Below, piece after piece: positions 51,301 to 60,061 of a stretch of DNA of 64,000 bases. A model generated the notes under the pieces. The model made no database searches. It had not been told where the DNA came from and was given only the letters and a program-made list of their open reading frames with translations. The position numbers were made by a program, and so were the translations under genes. This DNA is from Nitrospirales bacterium (GTDB taxonomy: Bacteria; Nitrospirota; Nitrospiria; Nitrospirales; UBA8639), in contig CBDBCZ010000019.1 of assembly GCA_965203295.1 (NCBI GenBank), forward strand, positions 576,001 to 640,000, read 5' to 3'. Numbering within the stretch: position 1 is the stretch's first letter; every line of letters begins with the position of its first letter.

Positions 51301-52033
51301 TTCCGGAAATAATCTGGGTGAAGTTGAGGAGCTTTCCGAGGAACGATTGCGAGAATGGCGTGAGCGTTTGCAGGTCATTCGGAATCGGATAGAACGAATA
51401 GGCCCAATCAATCTGGTTGCCATTGAAGAACATCGGGAATTGGAAGAACGCTATAGCTTTTTATCTAAACAAGAGCAGGACTTGTCCGAATCGATCGGAG
51501 CTCTTCAGGAGATTATCCAGCGGTTGAATAAAAAGACTCATCACTTATTTGAAGAGACGTTCCAGGCCTTGCAAGAAAAATTCAACGAAGTATTTTCTGC
51601 CCTGTTTGCGGGCGGAAAAGCTGAGTTGATCTTGGTAAAACCAGAAGAAGATGGAGAATCAGATGGGGGAAGGGAAGACCCGGGTGTCGATATCGTTGCG
51701 CAGCCGCCCGGCAAACGGTTGAAAAATTTGGCCATGTTGTCCGGCGGGGAAAAGACGTTGACTGTCCTAGCCTTGATGTTTGCCAGCTTCTTAATCAAGC
51801 CATCTCCGTTTTGTATTCTCGATGAGGTTGATGCCCCCTTAGATGAACCCAATGTGCTACGATTTGCACGGTTTCTGAGCCAAATGTCTGAGCATTCCCA
51901 ATTTATCGTGATCACCCACAATAAGGGCACCATGGAAATCTCGGACTCGCTCTTTGGAGTGACGATGGAGGAAGTCGGAGTTTCGAAATTTGTTTCTGTC
52001 CGATTGACCGAATTAGAACGTGTTTCCGGTTAA
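48356..52033 (+). CDS. smc: Chromosome segregation protein SMC
   Basis: GFKSF, GPNGAGKSN, coiled coils, hinge GRATF, LSGGEK, LDEVDAPLD. Confidence 0.97.
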   Translation: MQLQSMIVTGFKSFPQAKLEFPRGITAFVGPNGAGKSNVVDAILWVLGEQSTKALRSEKMEDVIFNGTETRKALSMAEVSLVLTEVNGKELEALAPVLDELPGTKELMVTRRLFRDGESEYFINKIPCRLKDIRGLFLEARAGTRGHTVIEQGNIDQILNASPHERRGFIEETAGIGRYKKQKSEAVRKLQSTEQNLLRVRDIIAEVKGQLRGLERQARQAEEYQRLREESRTLEIQLLKVDYGELQKKRGEIDEALAECEMRESRQMAEEARVMAGHEHTKEAVLRDGDSASQRQGDLRAVEQEMGQALTTLEVQRNQLLMYGEQLAQVKEGTTQLLEASQQAQNASAELQDKIVQAEYDIEDQSTLLEEIEEKGRELFTSRATTQQHLEASRQRNIEIAIECTNAENQKRSLKEQRLSLTQRSEQLQEEDREFQGQLDHLLLELRDQQNQQQELTHSLNETRDLQEKEQEAIQSLEYELHGVETKLVSYQSDHAAAESRLEALQAVLLEEFGYAREGEPESPTIRRDCQGVLEAIAERLEVPQEFEQAIEAILGEKVRAWVVQDIESAKEAISFSKASNLGRATFVPVHPYRLGGEEDVNSQEPLWWADLKHHDGIVGRALDVIQVPEDLRSAWSCFLDRVVIVRTMGVALELIAQKPWPESKAPLFVSLDGEVINVFGVISGGSSGNSMGMLRRRREIRKLELQLESLSRILGENYQKRQSLGIGCEAAKSRAFAFDEIIKESELRSVLIEKEILSLNQKIENLESKIQTVHHDQSLAQEDLVRTQREIDSAQSRLSELDREKSQCERELQELNQVFEEMERQSAEVQNRITDARLTLATLRERLDRHQGDVSRLQQEESDRQSQLQELDQKMNTLIDQSRQSQLEQDQLEQILRELEVKKDAIQSEFVLVEERHAEGLMKTKELEQELASIRKSFSETRGERSTAEVRLAEVRTRVETLEETLRGTYELMPEEVFAENSGNNLGEVEELSEERLREWRERLQVIRNRIERIGPINLVAIEEHRELEERYSFLSKQEQDLSESIGALQEIIQRLNKKTHHLFEETFQALQEKFNEVFSALFAGGKAELILVKPEEDGESDGGREDPGVDIVAQPPGKRLKNLAMLSGGEKTLTVLALMFASFLIKPSPFCILDEVDAPLDEPNVLRFARFLSQMSEHSQFIVITHNKGTMEISDSLFGVTMEEVGVSKFVSVRLTELERVSG

Positions 52034-52059
52034 GGATCCAATTCCTAACCCTGATTTCA

Positions 52060-52420
52060 CCAGCCTACGCGCTCGCCGCTGAAACTCTGGCACGCAAGCG
52101 GCCAAAGTGGCTTTGGCGCGTTGGCGACCGAAGAAACCAGAGAGACCACGGCTGCACGGCCTTCGGAGCCAAAGCTCCTTCCGCCTTCGAGGTACGGAGC
52201 CTTCGGCGGAGTAGGCTATAGACGTGGGGCTCCACCTTCTTGTTCCACCACTCCTTACTCTGTTAATCTTTTCCCTAGCAGGCTGTTGAGAAAGGCCGTC
52301 AGCCTACGTTGGAGCCCAAGGCCTTCGTAGGGATTTCCGCCTTCTGGGGCCAGAGCCTTCGGCGGAAGACTCGGCGGAGAAGGCTCAACGCACAGGCGAG
52401 CGAGCCTTTTTGAACAGCTT
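52060..52420. repeat. Cluster of REP-like palindromes with a MITE-like unit (52282-52418)
   Basis: Repeated agcctac, ttccgccttc and gccttcggcgga motifs; imperfect terminal IRs gctgttgagaaaggc / gcctttttgaacagc. Confidence 0.6.
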
Positions 52421-52459
52421 TCAATCTATTACTTTTAACCATTTTGCAAGGAGAGTCCT

Positions 52460-52891
52460 ATGGGAGAAATAGATACCGCACCAGCAGCACCCGCAAAACC
52501 GATGATTGATTTGACTGCGTTAGAGGTTGATCCGGCTGTGGGAGAACGACTGTATAAAGCCGCGTTTGTTCATTCCAAGCAAGGTACGACCTATCGGATG
52601 TTAGCCAAAACTCTCTGTGATGGTAACGTAGACTTGGTCCATTTTATCTGTGATCTGGACTCTGATGGTACGATGTTTGGCAAACGACGAATCCGTCGAA
52701 TACACACGCAACCAGTGGAACGGTTTGAAGTTGAGATTAAGGCCATTCAGAAGGAGATTGAGGACAAAGGAGAGGAACTTCAGGGAGTGTGGCAGCATGA
52801 CCTCACTGAGATCAAAGATGTCGCTGAACAAAAATCCAGCCTGGACGCCTGGGTCCTTCAAATAGCAAAAGAGATTGCTCCATCATCATAG
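52460..52891 (+). CDS. Hypothetical protein
   Basis: AAGGAG RBS; 143 aa. Confidence 0.8.
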   Translation: MGEIDTAPAAPAKPMIDLTALEVDPAVGERLYKAAFVHSKQGTTYRMLAKTLCDGNVDLVHFICDLDSDGTMFGKRRIRRIHTQPVERFEVEIKAIQKEIEDKGEELQGVWQHDLTEIKDVAEQKSSLDAWVLQIAKEIAPSS

Positions 52892-53014
52892 GATCGAGGT
52901 CTTCCCCTTGACGACATCCAGTGCTCTTTTCTGTATGACCAATCCTCATGTCCATGGAGGATAACTGGACTGGATTTTGACAGAGATCTCATGGTGATTT
53001 CTCAATCTCCCACT

Positions 53015-54286
53015 CTAAACTCGGATCACTCCAGGTGGCGGGTTCGATGAAGCGAGTGGTCTCACCGTGAAGCGTAGGTGACGGTGAGCGTTCCGAAGGG
53101 CAGCTTCTACTTCTTCAGGTTGTTTCCCTATTGCAATAAGAAAACCTAAATACCGTGTTCCTTCTGGTAATGGAACAAGATGCTCGCCGGGCTGTATCGT
53201 CAGGGAAAGTTCTTCAATCCCTTGCACACGTCGAGCTTCAGAAACACCTTCCACGCTTTCTAAGATTCCTCGTTCAGGAATAGGAATCATCATCACGCCA
53301 GAGGCATTCTCTTCTCGATCAAAAGTAGGAATGTCCATGTGAAGAGCGTGGCGGATGATGAGTTCTTCTAAGGACATCCCTGTGCTGAAACGTAAGGTTC
53401 GAGAACATTGCCCACCAATGGTCCTGGCAGCTATTTCAATCACCCACATTCCAGTTTCATGAATTCGCACTTCACCGTGGACAGGCCCCTCTTTCAACCC
53501 CAATGCCGCGGCGGCTTCTGAAAGAGCCCTGAACACTCCCGATTGAGTTTCAGTGGGAAGTCGTGTGGGGGTGACATAAATTGTTTCCTCAAAGAAAGGG
53601 CCAGTCAATGGATCCAGTTTGTCATACACGGCTAACGGGCGAAAGTTTCCATCGGTCAGAAGGCCTTCAACAGCGACTTCAATTCCTGGAAGATAACCCT
53701 CAATGAGAATTTGGGCACCAGCTTCTTCCGTATCGGGAAGACCCAGTGTCTGTAAAATCGCACCGACCCGGTGAAAGGCGGTTGCGAAGCTTTTGACATC
53801 GTCAGCCCTCATGACGCCGCAACTGGCTGATAGAGTGAGGGGTTTCAGCACACAGGGAAATTGTATTCTGGTCGAGAGTTCATTGGGGTCGTCGTCCATG
53901 TGGCAGAGAATGAATGGCGGAGTGGGCAGCCCATGATCCCGAAAACATTCACGCATCAGATATTTATTTCTTGCTGCAGAGACTGCCGAGACTGGATTTG
54001 AAGGAAGACCGAGAGCGTCTGAGATCTGTGAGGCAAGAAGGGTCGTATTATCGTTGACCCCAATGACGGCGTCGAGAGGACAGCGTTTGGAAAAACTTTC
54101 AACTGTTGATAGGGCGGACTCCGGATCTTGAAGCTCAAGTGGTAGGAAGCTGTCTTGTGTTGCTAGGGTGACTAAAGATTGAAAGTCTCCCCCAACGGTA
54201 ATGGAAATACTTAAACGATGGGCTGCTTCTAGAAAGGCCTCAGCCTTGTAGGTGAGCGAGGGTAAAAGAAGAAGAAGTCGAGGCAT
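53015..54286 (-). CDS. ATP-grasp ligase (L-amino-acid ligase-like)
   Basis: ARNKYLMR, PCVLKP..LSASCGV, IEGYLPG.E..VEG, HGE, IEIAAR. Confidence 0.88.
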   Translation of the reverse strand: MPRLLLLLPSLTYKAEAFLEAAHRLSISITVGGDFQSLVTLATQDSFLPLELQDPESALSTVESFSKRCPLDAVIGVNDNTTLLASQISDALGLPSNPVSAVSAARNKYLMRECFRDHGLPTPPFILCHMDDDPNELSTRIQFPCVLKPLTLSASCGVMRADDVKSFATAFHRVGAILQTLGLPDTEEAGAQILIEGYLPGIEVAVEGLLTDGNFRPLAVYDKLDPLTGPFFEETIYVTPTRLPTETQSGVFRALSEAAAALGLKEGPVHGEVRIHETGMWVIEIAARTIGGQCSRTLRFSTGMSLEELIIRHALHMDIPTFDREENASGVMMIPIPERGILESVEGVSEARRVQGIEELSLTIQPGEHLVPLPEGTRYLGFLIAIGKQPEEVEAALRNAHRHLRFTVRPLASSNPPPGVIRV

Positions 54287-54339
54287 CGGTGAACGTAACC
54301 TTTTAGTGAAGTCTGGACTTTGTGGCCAGCAGAAAAAGA

Positions 54340-55911
54340 TTACTTAGGGCAGTTTGGGTTTGCCTGAACGACTTGAAGTTGGATTTGGGTTGGCTCAGCA
54401 CAACAAAACCATGGTTCAGTTAAACGAGGAGGCTTGGTTCGATTACTTGAAGGCGATGGGAAATGGGGTGGCGGTGCAAGACCAGCGGCTTCATGGGCAA
54501 GACCCCAGAGACGATAGAAGGTTTGGGCGTGATCTTCTGAAGTCTGTGCGGCTTGTTCCACGGTTTGGGCGATGGCTTGGTGAAGCTGATCCATGCGCGG
54601 GTCAGGATGGACCCATGTATATTGGAATTTAGCCTCGTCTAAGGACTGGACAAAATTCTGCATGGGAGCCTTTTGGGTTTCAGGTGAGTCCAAAAGTTCT
54701 GAATGGGGAGGGACAAGCAGACGAATGGTGAACTGTACAGGATCAATCGAGTCGATGAGATGATGATATCGAACGAGGTCGAACATCTCAATGTAATCAT
54801 CGAAGGTGGTCCATGGAGTAAACGCGACCAAAGAGGGGCGCAACACGATGCCTGCTGCCCGCGTGATATCGAATGCCTGAAATATGTCGTCCCGTGTATG
54901 CCCTTTGTTCAAATGGGATAGCACGATATCGCTAAAAGACTCCACAGCGGAAATCACAAAAAGGCCACCTCGGTCACCCAGTTCTTGGAAAAGGTAGCCA
55001 TGTTTGAGGATATGTTCGATCTTGGTCGTGAAATCAAAGGTAACCCGTGGGAACTCATCGTGAAGAGCCCGGATGATCTTTATCGAATGACCAGGACCAT
55101 TAAGAAAGTCAGGGTCGCCAAACGTGATATGAGTCGCGCCCCTCTCGACCTGTTCTCGAATATCAGCGAGTACCATTTCTTCTGGGACAAGGAAAAATCG
55201 GCCACGATACACTGGAACAATCGGGCAATGTCGACAGTAATGAAGGCATCCGCGGCTTCCTTCAACATAGCCCACCAACCTCTGCTGTCCATTCTGTTCC
55301 AGTTGAGCGTAATGTTCCAGCTCAGGCAATTGTGATCGTTGAAGTTTAAGGAATGAAAAACCGCTAGATTGAGGCCCTTCATTGGAGGGAATGTGCCAGG
55401 TTAAGCGATTGAGTGAAGGAGCGACAATGTCGCCTTTCAGGCTGACACCATTCAGGTCATTCTTACGGGTAGAGTCTATGAGTTCAGTGTGAGCGAGTCG
55501 ATTAACAAGATTAACCAGAGGTGTTTCATATTCCCCACCAATGACCGAATCGGCAACGTATTCCAACAGATAAGGTGCATTGAGTGAAGCGTACAACCCA
55601 TAAAAAGAAATGTGAGCGAGTGGGTTAATCGTACGAATTCTTCCAGCCACCTGAACCCCTAGAGTTAAAGCGGTATGCATGGGGACGGAAATGCCAATAA
55701 ACTTGGCGTCTTGAATCCTGCCGGCGTCAAATTCCTCTACTGCAAGATCAAGGGTTGCCGGAGAATATCCTGCCTGTTGCATAAAACCTAAGGGTCGGGC
55801 AATGCCGATAGGTTGATGCCCCAACTCATAACAGGAGATTAGGAGGATCTCGCCGGATTGGGAGAGAGCGCCTTGACTCTGCATCGTGGTCTGCCTTTTT
55901 TCTTTTTTCAT
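54340..55911 (-). CDS. CUAEP/CCAEP-tail radical SAM protein, Cys form
   Basis: LISCYELGHQP N-terminus; B12-binding-like N domain; SRGCLHYCRHCP (CxxxCxxC); C-terminal PRLTEPWFCCAEP. Confidence 0.85.
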   Translation of the reverse strand: MKKEKRQTTMQSQGALSQSGEILLISCYELGHQPIGIARPLGFMQQAGYSPATLDLAVEEFDAGRIQDAKFIGISVPMHTALTLGVQVAGRIRTINPLAHISFYGLYASLNAPYLLEYVADSVIGGEYETPLVNLVNRLAHTELIDSTRKNDLNGVSLKGDIVAPSLNRLTWHIPSNEGPQSSGFSFLKLQRSQLPELEHYAQLEQNGQQRLVGYVEGSRGCLHYCRHCPIVPVYRGRFFLVPEEMVLADIREQVERGATHITFGDPDFLNGPGHSIKIIRALHDEFPRVTFDFTTKIEHILKHGYLFQELGDRGGLFVISAVESFSDIVLSHLNKGHTRDDIFQAFDITRAAGIVLRPSLVAFTPWTTFDDYIEMFDLVRYHHLIDSIDPVQFTIRLLVPPHSELLDSPETQKAPMQNFVQSLDEAKFQYTWVHPDPRMDQLHQAIAQTVEQAAQTSEDHAQTFYRLWGLAHEAAGLAPPPHFPSPSSNRTKPPRLTEPWFCCAEPTQIQLQVVQANPNCPK

Positions 55912-55929
55912 GAAGAGGTCAGTCTTACG

Positions 55930-55976
55930 AAAAAAAACGGCTCACGCCCTACCTCGAAGAAGAGAAGGTGAGCCTC
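55930..55976 (-). terminator. Intrinsic terminator after the ferredoxin gene
   Basis: Minus strand: ggctcac...gtgagcc stem followed by a T run. Confidence 0.7.
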
Positions 55977-56017
55977 TTTGTTATTGGATGAAAAGGTCTT
56001 GCGACAAACTCTGGAGA

Positions 56018-56365
56018 TTAATTCCTCACGCCGCTCCATATCTTGGCGGGATCAATCTCTTTATCAGGATTCAACGTTCTGGCCTTATCCAAAAGAACGT
56101 CCGTTGTTTCGGGAACTTCGGGGTCTGATACACAACAATCATCTACCGGACACACGGCAGCACATTGGGGTTCATCGAAGTGTCCGACACATTCCGTACA
56201 CCGTTCATGGGTGATGACATATACGGTGTCTCCCTCTCCCTGTCCTTCCCCCACTTTGTGCCCTTTTTCCTCGGCAGCACTTCTGGTTTCGAATATGGCT
56301 TCGTTCGGGCATTCTGGGAGACATGCCCCACAATTAATGCATTCTTCAGTTATAAGTAGAGACAT
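56018..56365 (-). CDS. YfhL-like 2[4Fe-4S] ferredoxin
   Basis: CINCGACLPECP and CTECVGHFDEPQCAAVCP; AAGGAGG RBS. Confidence 0.93.
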   Translation of the reverse strand: MSLLITEECINCGACLPECPNEAIFETRSAAEEKGHKVGEGQGEGDTVYVITHERCTECVGHFDEPQCAAVCPVDDCCVSDPEVPETTDVLLDKARTLNPDKEIDPAKIWSGVRN

Positions 56366-56651
56366 ATTTCCTCCTTGTAACTTTTGATATATCGAACAGA
56401 AAAAGGGTTAAAACAAAAAAGGCACCAACTTTTGGCCTTTTTACCCCAATTACGACTGTTTCCCATGCAAATATCGAGAAATAATATAGATATATTCTAT
56501 TCGTTGAGTAAGTTGGCGTCAACGGGACAGAAGGCCCAGCCACATAAGCCATTAGGACCTTCAAGACGAAATTTTTGTGATGAAGTCTAGAGTCTTGATG
56601 AATATAAGGGTTTCTTAGGTCAATTTGGGGTTTGCTAGAGATCTTAAGACT

Positions 56652-57404
56652 TCAGGTAGGATACTCCCAACAACGAATGTCCCATTCCGATCCTGCAGCA
56701 ACGACTGCAGCGGAATAGCCTGGTCCTGGCAAAAGTTCTTTCAAGGACCATCGAGCGGCTTCGGCCGAATCCCCTTGGACTTGGAGCAACTCTGTGGCTT
56801 GGTTTGTGGGAATTTCTACTGTGATATGTTTCAAGGGAAAGCCCAGCCCACTTCCTCGGGCTTTCAGGTAGGCTTCTTTTTTAGTCCAGCAAGAAAAGAA
56901 GGCATTCTGTTGATCACCTCGAGGAAGAGCCCAGAATTGCGATGCCTCATTTTCGGTCAATATCCGGGGAATCATGCGTTGGTAGTCAATATTCTTTCGG
57001 TGACTTTCAATATCGATACCGACCTCTTGGTCTTGACTAATGGCATAAAGGGCTAGGTCGTGTGAATGTGCCACGTTAAATTTGCAGAATACAGCATTCT
57101 GATTGTCTAAATATGGTTTCCCACGTGGGCCTAGGGAAAAAGAGAGTGTTTGAGGTTCCACCAAGAGATACGTCCCCAGGGTGCGTCGAAGGATGCCACG
57201 GGCTGCAATGTAGCGATCGCGATGATGAGAGAATTTAAAACGCAACGCTCTGTCCCGTTCGTCTTGCGAAAGAATACTCCATAAATCTTGAAGACTGGTC
57301 TTCGAGCAGTCTACAATCCCGCGCCACACATCCACGGTGTTTGGTAGAAATGACAAATGCTCAGATGGTGAGAGCCAAGTCGCGGAAAGAAATTTCTCGT
57401 TCAT
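56652..57404 (-). CDS. Sfp-type 4'-phosphopantetheinyl transferase
   Basis: GKPYL, FNVAHS, VGIDIE, WTKKEAYLKA.G.G; start placed at ATG 57404. Confidence 0.9.
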   Translation of the reverse strand: MNEKFLSATWLSPSEHLSFLPNTVDVWRGIVDCSKTSLQDLWSILSQDERDRALRFKFSHHRDRYIAARGILRRTLGTYLLVEPQTLSFSLGPRGKPYLDNQNAVFCKFNVAHSHDLALYAISQDQEVGIDIESHRKNIDYQRMIPRILTENEASQFWALPRGDQQNAFFSCWTKKEAYLKARGSGLGFPLKHITVEIPTNQATELLQVQGDSAEAARWSLKELLPGPGYSAAVVAAGSEWDIRCWEYPT

Positions 57405-57512
57405 AAACGTTGTGAGGGAATATTGGTAACATGATCGTTGGATTGAATGAGTGAGTTTCCTATCATAAACGTTATCCACGAAATTTCGGAAGAGCAGAGT
57501 TAAGCGCGAGCC

Positions 57513-58406
57513 ATGGGCCACCCTCATCCATCTGCGGCCTACACCGCCTTAGTGACTGCGGCAGTGGTTTGGGGTGGTTCCATTGTTGCCCAAAAAGTTG
57601 CCCTGGGCCCCTTTTCGGCTGTTGAGGTTTCCGTGTTTCGTGGAATCGGGGCCTTAGGAATTCTCATCCCACTCTGGTTATGGCAAGAACAGGGAGCCAT
57701 CAAGTGGACTTTGCGGGATTTCGGCGTATTTGTCGCCCTGGGTCTTGGGGTTTTAGGCAATCACTTATTCGTGTTGTACGGACTCCAATTTATTAGCGCT
57801 GGGTCGGCTGGGATCATCATCGGGGCTAGTCCGGCAATTACAGCTTTTTTGTCCTCACTTTTTCTTAAAGAGGTTCCTTTCCGTGCTGTGTGGTTAGGGT
57901 GTGGCCTGTCCTTCCTTGGTGTGGCTTTCGTATCGGGAGTCAGAGAAACTCAGGAAGGTGGTGCTCATCCGGCTTTGGGAGGGACCCTGATCATATTGGC
58001 CTTAATCAGTTGGGCTCTTTATACTATCGGAAGTCGTCGTGTGATGGAACGGTTTTCTCCCTTGACTGTTAATTGGACCACGCTCTTGATTTCGATCGTT
58101 CTGCAAATTCCCCTGTTATTCACTGATTATAAGGTCCTTGCGAGAGGGGTCGAGACGGTTCCTTTGTCGGGCTGGCTTGCACTCGTGTATGTCATTGTCT
58201 TCGCGACAGCATTGGGTCAGCAAGCGTGGCTGTACGGAGTCTCAGGAATTGGGCCATCCAGGGCCGGGATTTTTGTCAATCTGATTCCGGTCTCAGCTCT
58301 TGTGTTGTCTGTGTTCATTATAGGCGAATCTATCGGCTCTCGGGAGCTTGTAGGGATATTTTTGATTCTCATGGGAGTTTGGTTGGTCAATCGTCCAAAC
58401 CCTTAG
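57513..58406 (+). CDS. DMT/EamA family transporter
   Basis: About 10 transmembrane helices in two EamA repeats; IGPSRAGIFVNLIP. Confidence 0.9.
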   Translation: MGHPHPSAAYTALVTAAVVWGGSIVAQKVALGPFSAVEVSVFRGIGALGILIPLWLWQEQGAIKWTLRDFGVFVALGLGVLGNHLFVLYGLQFISAGSAGIIIGASPAITAFLSSLFLKEVPFRAVWLGCGLSFLGVAFVSGVRETQEGGAHPALGGTLIILALISWALYTIGSRRVMERFSPLTVNWTTLLISIVLQIPLLFTDYKVLARGVETVPLSGWLALVYVIVFATALGQQAWLYGVSGIGPSRAGIFVNLIPVSALVLSVFIIGESIGSRELVGIFLILMGVWLVNRPNP

Positions 58407-58605
58407 AGGCCAGAAATTGCTAAGTAAACAAATCTGATGTGATCTCTGAAATGATCCTCATTAATGAAGGTGCTGCGATGGACATGTTCTCCGTGTGAAA
58501 CAAGGGCAAAACATATGAAGAGTGCAACAATCGATTGTTGGGAGTTTTTACACTCCACCGAGAGAGAACAAACCATAGGGATTAGAGAGTCTTAGGGGGG
58601 CCACT

Positions 58606-58998
58606 ATGTTGAAGGAACGCATCGAGGATGTGACGAAAGCGAATGAAGCGTTTTATAAAGCCTTTGAAAGTTTGGATATCGTACAAATGGACACAATCTG
58701 GGTTCACCAGGAGTATGTCACGTGCATTCATCCCGGATGGAGCATCCGGGTCGGTTGGCCCCCTGTCCGTGACTCCTGGGTGGTGATCTTTAACAATGTA
58801 TTCTCTATGGAATTTTCACTAACCGAACTGCAGGTTCAGGTTGCTGGAGATGTCGCATGGGTGATCTGTACAGAAAACATCACCAGCCGACATGGAGAAA
58901 CCACTCAGAATAGCCGAATTATAGCCACCAATTTGTTTGAGCGTATGGAAGATACGTGGAAGATTATCCATCATCACGGATCCCCGTTCATGGAATGA
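58606..58998 (+). CDS. SnoaL/NTF2-like domain protein
   Basis: ANEAFYKAF, CIHPGW, ATNLF, WKIIHHHGS. Confidence 0.9.
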   Translation: MLKERIEDVTKANEAFYKAFESLDIVQMDTIWVHQEYVTCIHPGWSIRVGWPPVRDSWVVIFNNVFSMEFSLTELQVQVAGDVAWVICTENITSRHGETTQNSRIIATNLFERMEDTWKIIHHHGSPFME

Positions 58999-59060
58999 AT
59001 CGAATGAGTGAGCTTGATTTGCTCAGCATGTAGGAAGGACTTTTCTGAAGGGGTGCATCT

Positions 59061-59201
59061 TCATATTTTGCAGTTCACCAATCCACAGCCCCAAAGAAAG
59101 ATTTGAATGATGATCCATATCCCGGCTGGAATGAGGATGGCAACCAGCAACGCAAAAAGGAGAATACGTCTAACAGACTGAGGTTGATAATCATTTGACA
59201 T
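59061..59201 (-). CDS. Putative 46-aa membrane protein (MSNDYQPQSVRRILLFALLVAILIPAGIWIIIQIFLWGCGLVNCKI)
   Basis: Hand translation; one long hydrophobic segment after RR; no clear RBS. Confidence 0.45.
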   Translation of the reverse strand: MSNDYQPQSVRRILLFALLVAILIPAGIWIIIQIFLWGCGLVNCKI

Positions 59202-59254
59202 GGTGAATAGTGTAGGTATGGCTCTTCTGAAATCAGAGGTGGCTTTCTTACATT

Positions 59255-59494
59255 TGTAAAAACTTGAATTTCAGTTGACGGACACTGTCAGGTGAAGTTG
59301 GAAATTCCTGCTACACGCAGGGGACGTGATTCGTCGTGCCTGCAGTCGTAGGCGGGCATCCAGGATGATAAAGCAAGATGGATCTCTGCTAAAAACTGCG
59401 AGGATGACGGGGTAAGGATCCACGAGCTACACGCCTTCTCGATTTTGAGAACTTCCCTCGACACTGTCTGAAAGATCAAATCCAAGTTTTTACA
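59255..59494. mobile_element. MITE-like repeat, copy 3 (longest)
   Basis: 17-bp terminal IRs tgtaaaaacttgaattt / aaatccaagtttttaca with one mismatch. Confidence 0.8.
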
Positions 59495-59672
59495 ACTCAT
59501 TCCAGGTCATTAAAGGGATGGGGAAAATCATGAACAGGGAAAGGCAAGCGGCTCCTCGAACCCCTGTTCAAGCTATGTTCTGGAAATAATGCCCTCCACC
59601 TTAGCTTGTTCCATCAGATGATCTTTTTACCAGAGTGATGGAAGCCCATCTCTGATTTACAGGAAAAAAAGA

Positions 59673-59891
59673 TTAGGACTCGGTCACAACAACGGTCTTT
59701 CCCCAATCCTGGACAATAGTGTCACGCTCTTGCATGTTCATACCACTGTATTTTCGGAACATGGCCATGCCACCTTTTTTTCTACGCCATTTCACAAAAT
59801 CAATGAAATGGTCTTTGCACAAAGAACCTGTTCCTGCTGGGGCATAAATCGTATTTGTGCAACCTCCAATTAAACATCCTTCTTGACTCAT
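59673..59891 (-). CDS. Small protein with a C-x4-C...C-x2-H putative Zn site
   Basis: AAGGAG RBS; CLIGGC...LCKDH. Confidence 0.75.
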   Translation of the reverse strand: MSQEGCLIGGCTNTIYAPAGTGSLCKDHFIDFVKWRRKKGGMAMFRKYSGMNMQERDTIVQDWGKTVVVTES

Positions 59892-60061
59892 GAACGACTC
59901 CTTCTTTCAGAAAAGAACCTCGAAGCGATCATAAAAAGTATGCCCGAGAGGTGGTGTCGATTGCAATGGACGTCAGGGAAGTGAACGCTAATGAACGCTG
60001 ATGAGGTGGCAGACCGCTCTGTCGATATGGTCACTCTCAAAGAAATAGGGCTTCTATTCTG

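Noticed and set aside
52121..52330. 69-aa ORF after smc
   Set aside because: It lies wholly within the palindrome cluster and is probably spurious.
54395..54410. Selenocysteine in the radical SAM tail
   Set aside because: Both codons are TGT, so this is the Cys form.
53015..57404. A single NRPS/RiPP-like cluster of ATP-grasp, radical SAM, ferredoxin and PPTase
   Set aside because: No carrier protein, adenylation domain or precursor peptide was seen; a terminator and long gaps separate the ferredoxin and PPTase, which look like housekeeping genes.
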